DNA of 64,000 nucleotides, from assembly GCF_009914755.1 (NCBI RefSeq), contig NC_060928.1. One strand, 5' to 3'. Source of the DNA: the human T2T-CHM13v2.0 reference genome, Homo sapiens. The position numbers and the translations under genes are program-made. Positions 44,921 to 62,910 of the stretch are shown one piece after another. How positions within the stretch are numbered: position 1 is the first letter of the stretch; every line of letters begins with the position of its first letter. Under the pieces are notes generated by a model, which was not told where the DNA came from, made no database searches, and was given only the letters and a program-made list of their open reading frames with translations.

Positions 44921-47011
44921 TAGTTGAATCCAATCATATACCTTGGGTGGATTACTTCATCATGACAACTAAAGAAAACGTTAGAGAACCTGACTCTCTG
45001 GCAGGAGCTCAGCAGTGCCATCAGTGTAAAGGAAGAGAAAACGAGGCCTATGCCACTATACACTGACACCTCCCTGGCACTGGATATCAGATAATTAAAG
45101 AGAATCCATTGGCCAATAATGGGTTTTTGACTTTCTAAAATTTCCATAGAGTTATCCACAGTGCACAGGCTTATTATAAAGAAAACATATCAGAGATTGC
45201 AGAAGTAGTGATTAGGTGGGGTCCAGGGAGATCTGAGTGTTCACCTGTCACAGCAGCTCAAAACCAATGAGTTCTTCTGCCAACTCTGCATTCATTGGAC
45301 AGGCTTGCATTAACCTGCTCTGTAAAAGGGAAAAATTAAAAGTAAGCTTCTTCTGGGGACACAGAGAAAAATGTAAATGTAAGGGCCTGGTAGTGGGGGA
45401 TAGAAATAAAAGGAGGTTGATAAACAGGGACAAAAAAATGTTGGCAGCCAAAAAAGGTGCTGTATATTAGCTACTATGATGTAAAACGGCCCAGTAGAGA
45501 TCAGTGTAACATCTGCCTTGGTCATTTTTTGCATGTCTACATATTCATGCCCAGCTTTCAGAATTCTCTGGAGACACTCGAGTATATAGGAAGATGAGTT
45601 CCAATGAGCTGCAGCCTCCTGCTTTGCTGAAGGGATATAAAAAAAAAAAATCTTGCTTTCTTGATTCAACTTCAGTCTCAAGCATTTCTGAGCCCTTACT
45701 AATGAATGCAGATTTTAAGTACATATGAAAGAAAAAATGAAAGATAAAGAATATACATAAGTTTAATGAATATACGCAGACTGTGTCAGGTCTACATGAT
45801 ATAGGTATCATGAGCCTTGGACTCAGAAGGACTTGGACTCAAATCCTGACTCCACCTCATATGAGCTATGTGGGAAAGTCATCTACACTGAACTTTAGTG
45901 TAAAATAAGCAGATACATAATGCTGTGAGGATGAACTAATATCTGTGAAATAATGGACATGGAATAAGTACTCAATAAATGATATGTGTTTATTATTCAA
46001 AACAATTCAAGCACTCATCAAGTTGTTTTTCTCCATACCAAGTTGTTTAGGGGATTTGCCTCAATTATTGGGACAACTATTATTAGTTCTGTCCTTGACC
46101 TTAGCTTTGGTCAACACAACCACAGGCCTTTGTCATAGAACAGTACACTGGTCTGATAAACCACTTCCACCTCACCAAGCTTCTGTTTATACTGTTCCTC
46201 TGTCTATCCTATGCACTGCCTTAACTCCCACTTTTTCTTTTATCAAAATCTTCCTTATCTTCCAAAATCTACCTCAAAGCCAATGTTGTAGTACAGCTTT
46301 GCTGGCTACTCCCAGTTCTTTGATCGACTTCTCCTCTGCATCCATTTTTTCACTTATTCATGTGTTCCATAAACAATACTGACAACCCACTAGATGCCAG
46401 GGAATTTGATAGATACTTGGAAAATAAAGATGAATAAGACATAATGCTTATTGTCCTAGTCTAGCAAGGAAGACTAAGAACTGGACAGATTATTGCATTC
46501 AAGCATAATACATGCAATAAAGGTCTTCATATGGGATTTGGGAGCCCACAGGAGAGGCTCTTATCCAATAGTAGTTGCTTACACCTCTGGTTCACAGTTA
46601 CTTTGATTTATTTGCATCATAATTTATTGCTAAATAACCATCTTGCATGTTACATTATGAACTCCTCGAGGACAGATGCTGTCTTATTTGTCTTTGTGTT
46701 CCTCTGAAGTCTTGCACAATGTGTTACAAATAATATGTGTCCAATAAATGTGTGTGGGTGAACTGAAGCCATCATCAATGAACACTTGTTAATAGCTTGG
46801 TCTGTCTTGAAGGATTCATACTCTATAAAAGGCAGTATACATATACAGCACAGCAGCTATAATAGCTAGGATATTCAAGCTAGATAGACTGAATTCAAAC
46901 CCCCATCTCAGTCTTTACTAAGTGCTTGCATTAAGCAAAGTACTTTATCTCCCTGTGTCTCAATTTCTTCTTCTATTAAAAGGAAATGATAATAATAGTA
47001 TCTACCACATA

Positions 47012-47721
47012 CAGTTCTACCCCCTTATCTATGGAGGATATGTCCCAAGGTCCCCAGCGGATGCCTGAAACTGCGATCACACCAAACCCTATATATACAG
47101 TCATATGTTGCTTAATGACAGGCATATGTCCTGAAAAATGCATGATTAAGCAACTTTGTCATTGTGCAAATATCACAGTCTATACTTACCAAACCTAAAT
47201 GGTATAGTCTACTACACACCTAAGCTATATAGCACAGCCTATTGGTCTCAGGCTACAAATCTGTATAGCATGTTACTGTAGGGAATTGTAACACAATGAT
47301 AAATATTTATGTATCTAAATATATCTAAACAAAGAAAAAAATGCATTGTGCTTATATCTCTAGGTGGTAGAAATTTTTCAGCCGCATTATAATCCTATGG
47401 GAGCAATGTCATATATGTGGTCCATTACTGATCAAAACTTTGTTATGGGGTACATAACTGTACTGTTTCTTTTCATCTGATAACTGAGACAGCTACTAAG
47501 TGACTAACAAGCAGGTAGCATATACAGCATGGTTATGCTGAACAAAGGGCTGATTCATGTCCTAAGAGAGATGGAGCAGGACAGAGCAGGGGTTTATCAC
47601 ATTACTCAGAATGGTGTGCAATTTAAAACTGATGAGTTATTTATTTCTGAAATTTTTCATTTAACACTTTTGGACCCTGGTTGGCCACGGGTAACTGAAA
47701 CAGGGTAAGGGAGGACTACTG
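47012..47721. mobile_element. MER44A-like TcMar-Tigger element (inside a MIR), interrupted by Tigger3
   Basis: Inverted termini cagttctaccccctta / taagggaggactactg with TA flanks; internal gctactaagtgactaac...actcagaatggtgtgcaatttaaaact. Confidence 0.8.
47098..47460. mobile_element. Tigger3-like non-autonomous DNA transposon
   Basis: ta|cagtcatatgttgcttaatgac ... gttatggggtacataactg|ta; internal ctactacacacctaagctatat. Confidence 0.82.
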
Positions 47722-48858
47722 TACATTGCTATTAAAATTAAGTCAATTGGTATACTCATTAAAAATTATTTAGAAAAGTGCCTTAATGGTAGCTATTTAG
47801 GTAACCATTTAGGATACTTAGTGGCCTTCACTTCTGTAGAACAGAGACTACTCCAGACTGAGTTTAAATTCCATAGATAAAACACAGTTTCAAGTCTGGC
47901 TGCAATGCCAGTCTATTACAAATCCAGAAAACTGCTGACTTACAACTTTTTACAACCCATACCTCCACCTTTTCTGACCACACTAGATAATATGATGCCA
48001 TCTTGGGAAAGTTCAATTTGAAATCATTACTTCTATTCATTCACTATATCAATGTGAAAAACCTCAATACAAATAATAAATAAAATATAGCTCTGTACTA
48101 TGCTTCTATTATGTGTCATGTAGTTTACATATATTATTTCCAATCTTTAGAACAAACTCAAGATAGATATTATTGTATCCATTCTATAGATGATAAAATT
48201 GAGGCTCAGGCAGATCATGTTACTCACCCAAAGGTCCCATTATGGCCAAGTAGCTTGACACTCTCTAGCACAAGAATCTTATCCCAGTCCTTTCACTCCT
48301 GACATTAGATTCTAACTAGGTTTAGTTTGTTCTTGACTTCATTATCCTTGATCTGCTTATTCAGCACCACTGAAGAAGACAAAAGCTCCAGAGAGAAGTA
48401 GAAATTAAATTTGATTAGGAAAATACTTTGCCTTATAATTTCAACAATTTAGTGTGAGTCAAGTGGAGACAGGATTTCAGTCATCTGATCCCAGTCCCAT
48501 CTTTCAGACAGTTCTATAGAAAAGTTGACTGACATATGGCTGCTGCTCCTATTTTCTAAGATTTGTAGGCATACACATTTCAGGGCCTCTGTTTGTGAAT
48601 TTCAATATTTAGGAGCCCTTAAACCGAGTTTATCCTTTTTTATATATTCAAACTCTTTGCATACTCAAGTCATTAGCTTTTATTCTGTCCACTACAGATT
48701 TAGAGAACAGCTGGTCATTGCCATCTTTATAGTTACGCTTCATATGATCTAAAGCAGCACTGTCCAAGAGAAATATACTGTGAGCCACATATGTAATTTT
48801 AAATTAACTAGTAGTCACATTTTTTAAAAAGTAAAATTAATTAGGTTAACTTTAATAA

Positions 48859-49355
48859 TGTATTCATTTCCTGCAACAAATCACCACAAACTTGGGGGCT
48901 TAAGACAACAACATATGGATTAACTTGGAGTTCTGGAAGCCAGAAGTCCAAAATCAGTACCACTATGCTGAAATCAAAATGTCAGCAGGACTGCACTTTA
49001 TCTCCAGAAGCTCTAGGGAGGATCGTTCCTTGCCTCTTCCAGCTTCTGATGGCTGCTGTCATTTCTTGGCTTGTGGCCACATCACTCATTTCTGCCTCCA
49101 TCTTCACATCACTTTCTTCTCCATATATGTGTCTGACTCCCTCTACCTTCCTCTTCTAAGGATACATGTGACTGCACTTAGGGCCCACTTGGATAATCCA
49201 GAATCATCTCCCTATCTCAAGATCCTTTAATCATATTTGTAAAATTAATTAATTTTGATCATATCTGCAAAAATTCTTTTTCTAAGTAGGGTAACAGTTT
49301 AAGTTCCAATGATTAAAATCTGATATCTTTAGGGGTCATTATTCAAACTACTACA
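48859..49355 (-). mobile_element. MLT1 (MLT1B/C/D-like) solo LTR inserted in MER33
   Basis: tg...caccacaaacttgggggcttaa...agttctggaagccagaagtccaaaatca...ctactaca; 5 bp TSD aataa (48854-48858, 49356-49360). Confidence 0.88.
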
Positions 49356-49492
49356 AATAATATATTTTATTTGACCCAATATATCCAAGATGTTATTTCA
49401 GTTTGTAATCAACATTCTATAATAACTTTTCTAAATCTAGGTGCCTTTTGATGCTTACAACAAATCTCAATTAGAATCAGTCACATCTCAAG

Positions 49493-50281
49493 ATAGAGAG
49501 CAACAAAATAATTGTGGGGGACTTCAATACTGAAAGCACTAGTTAGATCATCAAGACGGAAAGTCAATGAAGAAACAGTGGACTTAAACTATACCCTAGA
49601 ACAAATGAACTTAATAGATATTTACAGAACCTTCTTCCCAACAACTGCAGAATATACATTCTTTTCATCAGCACATGGAACATTCTCCAAGATAGACCAT
49701 ATTATAGCCACAAAATGAGTCTCAATAAATTTAAGAAAATTGAAATCATATCAAGTATCTTCTCAGACTACAATGGAATAAAACTGGAAATCAATTTCAA
49801 AAAGAACTCTCAAAACTATACAAATACATGGAAATGAAATAATCTGCTCTGGAATAATTTTGGGGTTAGTGAAATCAAGATGGAAATTTTAAAATTCCTT
49901 GAAATGAATACCAGTGACACAACTTCTCAAAACCACTGAGATGCAGTAAAAGTGGTGCTAAGAGGAAAGCTCGTAGCATTAAATGCCTACATCAAAAAGC
50001 CTGAAAAAGCACAAATAGACAACCTAATGTCACACCTCAAGCAACTGGATAAACAAGAACAATCCAAACCTAAACCCAACAGAAGAAAAGAAATAACAAT
50101 GATCAGAGAAGAACTAAACGAAATTGAAAAAAAATACAAAAGGTAAATGAAACAAAAAGCCGGTTTTTTGAAAAGGTAAACTAAGTTGATAGATATTAGT
50201 GAGATAAACCAAAAAAAAAAAAAAAAAAAAAAAAAAGAAGATAGAAGATACAAATAAGCTCAATTAGAAATGAAACTGGAG
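49493..50281 (+). mobile_element. L1PB, 5'-truncated, left part (ORF2 endonuclease region)
   Basis: ORF 49512-49718 ...DIYRTFFPTTAEYTFFSSAHGTFSKIDHI is L1 endonuclease; gacttaaactataccctagaacaaatg is L1PB-like. Confidence 0.9.
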
Positions 50282-51609
50282 GAAGGGGCTGGCAAGATGG
50301 CTAAATAAGAACAGCACCCCTCTGCAGTTCCCAGTGAGACCAACGCAGAAGGAGGTGATTTCTGCATTTACAACTAAGGTACCTGGTTCATCTCACTGGG
50401 ACTGGTTAGACAGTGCATGCAGCCCATGGAGGGCCAGCAGAAGCAGGATGGAGCATCACCTCACCCAGGAAGCACAACAGGTCAGGGAACTCCCTCCCCT
50501 GGCCAAGGGAAGCCATGAGGGATGGTGCTATCCAGCCCAGATACTACACTTTTCCCATGGTCTTTGCAACCTGCAGACCAGGAGACTCCCTCAGGGGCCC
50601 ACACCAGTAGGGCCCTGGATTTCAAGCACAAAACTGGACAGCCATTTGGGCAGACACCAAGCTAGCTGTAGGAGTTTTGTTTTGTGCCCCAGTGGCACCT
50701 GTAACACCAGTGAGACAGAACTGTTCACTCCCCTGGAAAGGAGACTGAAGCCAGGGAGCCGAGTGGTCTTGCTCAGTGGATCCTATCCCCACAGAGCCCA
50801 ACAAGCTAACATACATTGGATTGAAATTCTCACTGCCAGCACAGCAGTCTGAAGTCAACCTGGGATGCTTGAGCTTGGTGGGGGGGAGGAGCGACTGCCA
50901 CTACAGAGGCTTGAGTAGGTGGTTTTCCACTTATAGTGTAAACATAGCTGCTGGGAAGTTCGAACTGGGTGCAGAACCTACTGCAGTGTAGCAAAGTCGC
51001 TGTGGCCAGATTGCCTTTCTAGATTCCTCCTCTCTGGACAGGGCATCTCTGAAAGAAAGGGAGCAGCCCCAGTCAGGGGCTTATAGATAAAACTCCCATT
51101 TCCCTGGAACAGAGCACCTAGGGGCAGGGGCAGATGTGGACGCAGCTTCGGCAGACTTAAACATTCCCACCTGCTGGCTCTGAAGAGAGCAGCAGATCAC
51201 CCAGTACAGTGCTCGAGTTCTGCTAAGGGACAGACTGCCTCCTCAAGTGGGTTCCTGACCCCTATGCCTCCTGACTAGGAGACACCTCTCAGCAGGGGAC
51301 AACAGGCACCTCATACAGAAGAGGTTTGGCTGGCATCTGGTGGGTGCCCCTCTGGGATGAAGCTTCCAGAGGAAGGAACAAGCAGCAATCTTTGCTGGTC
51401 TGCAGCCTCCACTGGTGATACCCAGGCAAACAGGGTCGGAGTAGACCTCCAGCAAACTCTAGCAGACCTGCAGCAGAGGGGCCTGTTAGAAGGAAAACTA
51501 ACAAAAAAAAAAAAGCAATAGCATCAACATAAAGAAAAAGGACACCCATGCGAAAATGCCATCTGAAGGTCACCCACATCAAAGATCAAAGGTAGATAAA
51601 TCCACAAAG

Positions 51610-52633
51610 ATGAGGAAAAACCAGTGCAAAAAGGCTGAGAAGTCCAAAAACTAGAAAGCCTCTTCTCCTCCAAAACATCACAACTCTTCGCCAGCAAGGA
51701 AACAAAACCGGACAGAGAATGAATTTGACAAATTGACAGAGTAGACTTCAGAAAGTGGGTAATAACAAACTACTTCAAGCTAAAAGAGTATGTTCTAGCC
51801 CAAAGCAAGAAAGCTAAGAACGTTGATAAAAGATTACGGGAACTGCTAACTAGAATAACCAGTTCAGAGAAGAACATAAATGACCTGATGGAGCTGAAAA
51901 ACACAGCACAAGAACTTCATGAAGCACACACAAGTATCAATAGCCAAATCAATCAAGCAGAAAAAGATATCAGAGATTGAAGATCAACTTACTGAAATAA
52001 TGCATGAAGACAAGATTAGAGCGAAAAAGGATGAAAAGGAACGAATAAAGCCTCCAAGAAATATGGGACTATGTGAAAAGACCAAAGTGAAGTTTGATTG
52101 GTGTACGTGAAAGTGACAAGGAGAATGGAACCAAGTTGGAAAACACTTTTCAGAATATTATCTAGGAGAACTTCCCCAGCCTAGCAAGACAGGCAAAAAT
52201 TCAAATTCAGGAAATAAAGAGAACATCACAAAGATACTCCTCGAGACGAGCAACCCCAAGACACAAAATCATCAGATTCACCAAGGTTGAAATGAAGGAA
52301 AAAATGTTAAGGGCAGCCAGAGACAAAGGTTGGGTTACCCACAAAGGGAAGCCCATCAGACTAACAGCGGATCTCTCTGCAGAAACCCTACAAGCCAGAA
52401 GAGAATGGGGGCCAACATTCAACATTCTTAAAGAAAAGCATTTTTAATCCAGAATTTCATATCCAGCAAAACTAATCTTCATAAGCAAAGGAGAAATAAA
52501 ATCCTTTACAGAGAAGCAAATGCTGAGAGATTTTGGCACCATCAGGCCTGCCTTACAAGAGTTCCTGAAGGAAGCACTAAATATGGAAAGGAACAACCAG
52601 TACCAGCCACTGCAAAAACATGCCACATTGTAA
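51610..52633 (+). pseudogene. LINE-1 ORF1p, disrupted
   Basis: ATG in atgaggaaaaaccag; ends cattgtaa; internal stops and frameshifts, no long ORF in the track. Confidence 0.88.
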
Positions 52634-52696
52634 AGACTATTGACACCATGAAGAAACTGCATCAACTAACGGGCAAAATAACCAGCTAGCATCATA

Positions 52697-57498
<4,802 letters not shown>

Positions 57499-57711
57499 AC
57501 GATGAAAACACAAGGGCACAGGGAGCGGAATATCACACACTGGGGCCTGTCAGTGGTTGCGGACAAGGGGAGGGATAGCATTAGAAGAAATATCTAATGT
57601 AGATAACATGTTGATGGGTACAGCAAACCACCATGACACAATAATGCCTATGTAACAAACCTGCACGTTCTGCACTCTGTATCCCAGAAATTAAAGTATA
57701 ATAAAAAATAA

Positions 57712-59724
57712 AGAAATGAAACTGGAGATATTAAAGCTACATCTCAGAAATACAAAAGATCATTCAAGTCTACTATGAAGGCCTTATGCACAAAACTAGA
57801 AAATCTAGAGGAGATGGATGAATTCCTGGAATTATACAAGCCTCCTAGATTAAATCAGCAAGAAATAGAAACCCTGAACGAACCAATAACCAGAAGTGAC
57901 ACCACATCAATAATAAAAAAAATTTGCCAACAAAAAAACACCCAAGACCAGATGTATTCACAGCTGAATTCTATCAAACATTCAAAGAAGAATTGGTACT
58001 TCTTAATGATACTTTTCCAAAAGTTACAAAAGGAGGGAATCCACCCTAAATCTTTCTATGAAGCCCGTATCACCCTAATACCAAAACCAGGAAAGGACTT
58101 AACAATGAAAGAAAACTATACAACAATATCTCTGATGAACATAGATGCAAAAATCCTTAACAAAATACTAGCTAACCAAATCCAACAGCATATCAAAAAG
58201 ATAATACATCATGATCAAGTGGTTTCCATACCAGGGATACAGGGATGGTTTAACATTTGCAAGTCAATAAATGTGATGCATCACATAAACAGAATTAAAA
58301 ACAAAAATCATATGATCATCTTAATAGATGCAAAAAAGCATTTGATAAGATCCAGCATCCTTTTATGATAAAATCCTTCAACAAAACAGGCATAGAAGGG
58401 ACATGCCTCAAAGTAATTAAAGCCATATATGACAAACCCACAGCCAGCATCATACTGAATGGGGAAGAGTTGAAAGCATTACCCCTGAAAACTGGAACAA
58501 GACAAGGATGCACACTTTCACCACTTTTATTCAAATAGTACTGGAAGTCCTAGCCAAAGCAATCAGACAAGCGAAAGAAATAAAGGGCATCCAAATTCGA
58601 AAAGAGGACATCAAACTGTTGTTGTTCACCAATGATATGATTGTATACCTAGAAAACCCTAAAGACTCATCCAAAAAGCTCCTAGATCTGACAAACAAAT
58701 TCAGTACCAATGAAACAGAATAGACAACCCAGAAATAAAGCCGAATACTTCTATCTAACTGATCTTTGACAAAGCATACAAAAACATAAATTGAGGAATG
58801 GACACCCTATTCAATAATTGGTGTTGGGAAAACTGGCAAGCCACATGTAGAAGAATGAAACTGGATTCTAATCTCTCACTATATACAAAAATCACCTCGA
58901 AATGAATCAAAAACTTAAATCTAAAACCTGAAACCATAAAAAATAGAAGATAACATTGCAAATACTCTTCTAGACTTTGGCTTAGGCAAAGAATTCATGA
59001 CTAAGGCCCCAAAAGCAAATGCAACAAAAACAAAAATAAATAAATGGGACCTAATTAAACTAAAAAGCTTCTGCACAGCAAAAGAAATAATCATCAGAGT
59101 AAACAGACAACTCACAGAGTAGGAGAAAATATTTGCACATTATGCATCCAACAAAGGACTAATATCTAGAATCTATAAGGAACTCAAACAAATTAGCAAG
59201 AAAAAAGCCAATAATCCCACCAAAAAGTGGGCAAAGGACATGAATAGACAATTGTTTTAAAAGATATACAAATGGCCAAAAAACTTATGAAACAATGCTC
59301 AATATCACTAACTATCAGAAAAATACAAATTAAAACCACAGTGGGATACCACCTTATCCCTGCAAGAATGGCCATAATTAAAGTCAAAAAATAATAGATG
59401 TTGGTGTGGATGTGGTGAAAAGGGAACACCTTTACACTTCTGGTGGAAATGTAAAGTAGTGCAACCACTATGAAAAACAGTAGGGAGATACTTTAAAGAA
59501 CTAAAAGCAGAACTGCCATTTGATCCAGCAATCCCACTACTGGGTATCTACCCAAAGGAAAAGAAGTCATTATATGAAAAAGGCATACGCACGTGCATGT
59601 TTATAGTAGCACAATTTACAATTGCAAAAATATGGAACCAACCTAAGTGCCCATCAACCAACAAGTGGATAAAGAAAAAGTGATATAGACACACAACACG
59701 GAATACTACTCAGCCATAAAAGGA
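57712..59724 (+). mobile_element. L1PB right part (RT to C-terminus) with internal deletion and no 3'UTR
   Basis: ORF 57775-58368 ([25 protein letters not shown]); aagaagtcattatatgaaaa L1PB-like motif; stops at cagccataaaagga. Confidence 0.9.
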
Positions 59725-59823
59725 GAGAGGCAGAGGTTGCAGTGAGCTGAGATTGCGCCACTGCACTCCAGCCTCGGCAACAGAATGAGACCCTATCTCA
59801 AAAAATAAAAAGAAAGAAAAAAA
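59725..59823 (+). mobile_element. Alu 3' fragment (AluJ-like) fused to L1PB
   Basis: gaggcagaggttgcagtgagctgagattgcgccactgcactccagcc...gagaccctatctc plus A-rich tail. Confidence 0.9.
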
Positions 59824-60587
59824 AGAATTAGCCACATTTCAAGTTCAATAGCCACATGTGAATAGTTTAGAAAGGAATGCTTTAGTTTCTCATCAGCAAT
59901 TTTCTCTTCTTGCTCAGAAGCAAAGTAGCTTCCATTAATTTCCTCAATAAAGGTGTTCTCATTCAATTATTTTTCTTGTTATCATCATGGGTATAATTCC
60001 CATCTTCCTGCCTCATCGGATTGCTGTGAGGATTAACATAAGAAAACCCTTTGGAAAATGTGACTTATTGTATGGTTCCTTCAAAAGGCATCCAAATTTA
60101 TTGCCAAAGTGTTGTGCTCAGTATCCTATAGTCCTATGTTTGCTCATACACTTCGTGTAACTGGAACCTACAACGAAATCACACAAATGAAGGAATGGGG
60201 TCCCTCTGCAGACTAGAGTTGGGAGCTTGAGCAGTACAACTGGTCATGGATAAAGAAATATGAGGGAGACAGGATCAATGTTTAGAGAACCATTGAAAAG
60301 AAATATCCTCATTTCTGCATGAAAAATACTCATTCACTCATTCAACAAATTTACCACATCATAGGCACAATATTAGGTGTGGGGAATGCAACGCTCAATG
60401 GTAAGAAAAAATAGATAATATCCACCTCAGGGCTTAGAGTTTAGAGAGAAGGTAGAGATGAATAAAAAGGAAAACTACAACTGTGAACATTTCTACCAAG
60501 GAGCAGAAGATGGTTCTCTGAAGGAGAGTTTGACCTTGTCAGGGAGGTTGGAGAGGGTATCCTTTAAGAAATATTAATTGAACTGAG

Positions 60588-60935
60588 TGATATGGTTTCG
60601 CTGTGTCCCCATCCAAATCTCATCTTGAATTGTAGTTCCCATAATTCCCACGTGTCATGGGAGGGACCCAGTGTGAGGTAATTGAATCATGGGGGCAGGT
60701 CTTTTCCATGCTGTTCTCATGATAGTAAATAAGTCTCACAAGATCTGATGGTTCCCCTTGCATACACCATCTTGCCTGTTGCCATGTAAGACTTGACTTT
60801 TCTCCTCATGCACCTTCAGCCATGGTTGTGAGGCCTCCCCAGCCATGTGGAACTGTGAGTCTATTACTTCTTTCCTTTATAAATTACCCAGTCTCAGGTA
60901 TGTCTTTATTAGCAGCATGAGAACAGACTAATACA
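60588..60935 (+). mobile_element. THE1 (THE1B/C-like) solo LTR inserted in an antisense L2 (~60330-61310)
   Basis: tgatatggtttcgctgtgtcccc...gcagcatgagaacagactaataca; perfect TSD ctgag (60583-60587, 60936-60940). Confidence 0.94.
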
Positions 60936-62543
60936 CTGAGATATGAAGCATAAGTAATAATTAACTCAGTGAAGAGGAGAGAAGAACATATTGCAGGCAT
61001 GAGAAACTCATGCACAAAGACCCTTCTGTGGGAGGAATTATGACAGTAATATGGACAAAAACCAGGATGACTGGAGTACAGAGAATGAACAGAGAGGACC
61101 AGGCACATGTGAAACCAGAGAGGGAGGAGGATCTCAATTATGTAGGCCACGTAAGAGAGTTCTATCTTTTTTTTTAAGTAAATAATAATCCACTGTGCTT
61201 TGGAAAGATCATTCTGTTGAAGTGTAAAGAACAGATTGGTAAGGAGACAACAGTAGATACTGGTGAAACTATGAGGGGGCTGTTACAGGAGTCTTGGCAA
61301 AAGAAGATGGCATGGAGTAGATATGAAGTCATCCTTGATTCCTCTTTTTCTTTCATATCCCACAACTAATCCATTAAAAAACCTCGTTGACTGAATACAA
61401 ATGACCCTTTTCACACCCATTATGTTAAACTGAAACCCAAGCCACCATAATTTCTCCTCTGGACTATATCAACTGTCTTATCCTGTCTCTCTGCTTCCAA
61501 TATTGATCCTATAGTTTATTCTACACATGGAAGCCAAAGGGATCCTTCTATAAAGTAAGTCAAACCACATTATTCACCAGCTCAACATCCATCAATGGCT
61601 TCCCATCTCACTCAGAATGAAAGCCCACATCTTTCAAGGTGCTCTATGATCTGGCCCCTACCAAATCTGATCCCATCTCCTCTCACCCTCTCCTTTGCCA
61701 CAATGGTCAGCTTTAAACAAACCAAGCATGACCTAACCGCAGGCCTTGGAACTTGCCATACCCTCTGCCTGAAATACTTTTCTCAAACACCACATAGCCC
61801 CCACTTGAAACTCATAATTTATATCTCCATTTAGCCCCTCCTCATGTGGCTCCCTCATCTAAAACTGCTACTCCTATTTTATACACAAGAAAGTGAGGGA
61901 GCAAGTCACAGAGATACTTGGGAGAAAGGCATTCCAGGCTCTGGGAAAGGCAAATACAAAACAGTAAGGTAGGGATACAAGGAACAGCAAGGAAGCCAGA
62001 CAGACTGGAGTAAAATGGGGCAGTAGGAGGGAGGCTGTGCTGCAGGTAACAAGGACCAGCTCACATCGTGCTTGTGTGCACATTATGGCGAGATCAGTGC
62101 TCTTGCCCTGAGATGAGAAGTCATTGAAGGGTTTCAAGCAGAGGAATGGTGTGACCTGACTTATATTTTAACAGGTTTTTTTCTGAATACTATGTTAAAT
62201 ATTGATTTAAATGAGGCAAGAGCAGAAGCAAGGAGTTTAGTTTTGAAGTTATCATAATAAGCCAGGTAAGAAGTAATGGTGGCTTAGATGAGGCAAGGAG
62301 TAGCAAAGTGGGGAGAAATATTCAGATTCTGAATATGTATTGAAGGTAGAAGTGTCTGAATTTGATGATAGATAAAATGAGTCATGTAAAAGAAAGAGAT
62401 TTGGGGGGCCTGAACAATTGGTAAGTAGGGCAGTCATTAATTGGGATGAGGAAGGCTATGGGTTTGGGAACAGTTGTCAGCAGCTCAGTTTTGGAAGTTG
62501 GCTTCTGTCTTAGTCTATTTGGCTATATAGTCTATTTGACATC

Positions 62544-62910
62544 TGTCTTAGTCTATTTGGGCTTCTTTAACAAAGTGCCATTTACTGGGTGGCTTATAAA
62601 AATAAAAATTTATTTCTCACAGTTCTGGAAGCTGGATGTTTGAGATCAAGGTGCCAGAATGATTGGGTTCTTGTGAGGGCACTGTTCCAAGTTGCAGACT
62701 GCCTTCTTCTCATTGTATCCTGACATGGCAGTAAAAGGGTAAGAGAGCTCTCAGGGGTCCCTTCAAAAGGGCACCCAAATCTCATTCATGAGAGTTCCAC
62801 CCTCATGCTCTAATTACCTCCCCAAAGCCTGTCCTCCAAACACTATCACACTGAGTAGTAGGATTTCAACATATACATTCTCGAGGGACAGGAATATTCA
62901 GTTCATTGCA
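62544..62910 (-). mobile_element. MLT1A-like solo LTR inserted in an antisense L2 (~61880-63050)
   Basis: tgtcttagtctatttggg...tttatttctcacagttctggaagctgg...attcagttcattgca; TSD acatc (62539-62543, 62911-62915). Confidence 0.9.

Noticed and set aside
50334-50852. 172 aa ORF
   Set aside because: Lies in the L1PA 5'UTR, uses a non-ATG start and has no recognisable domain.
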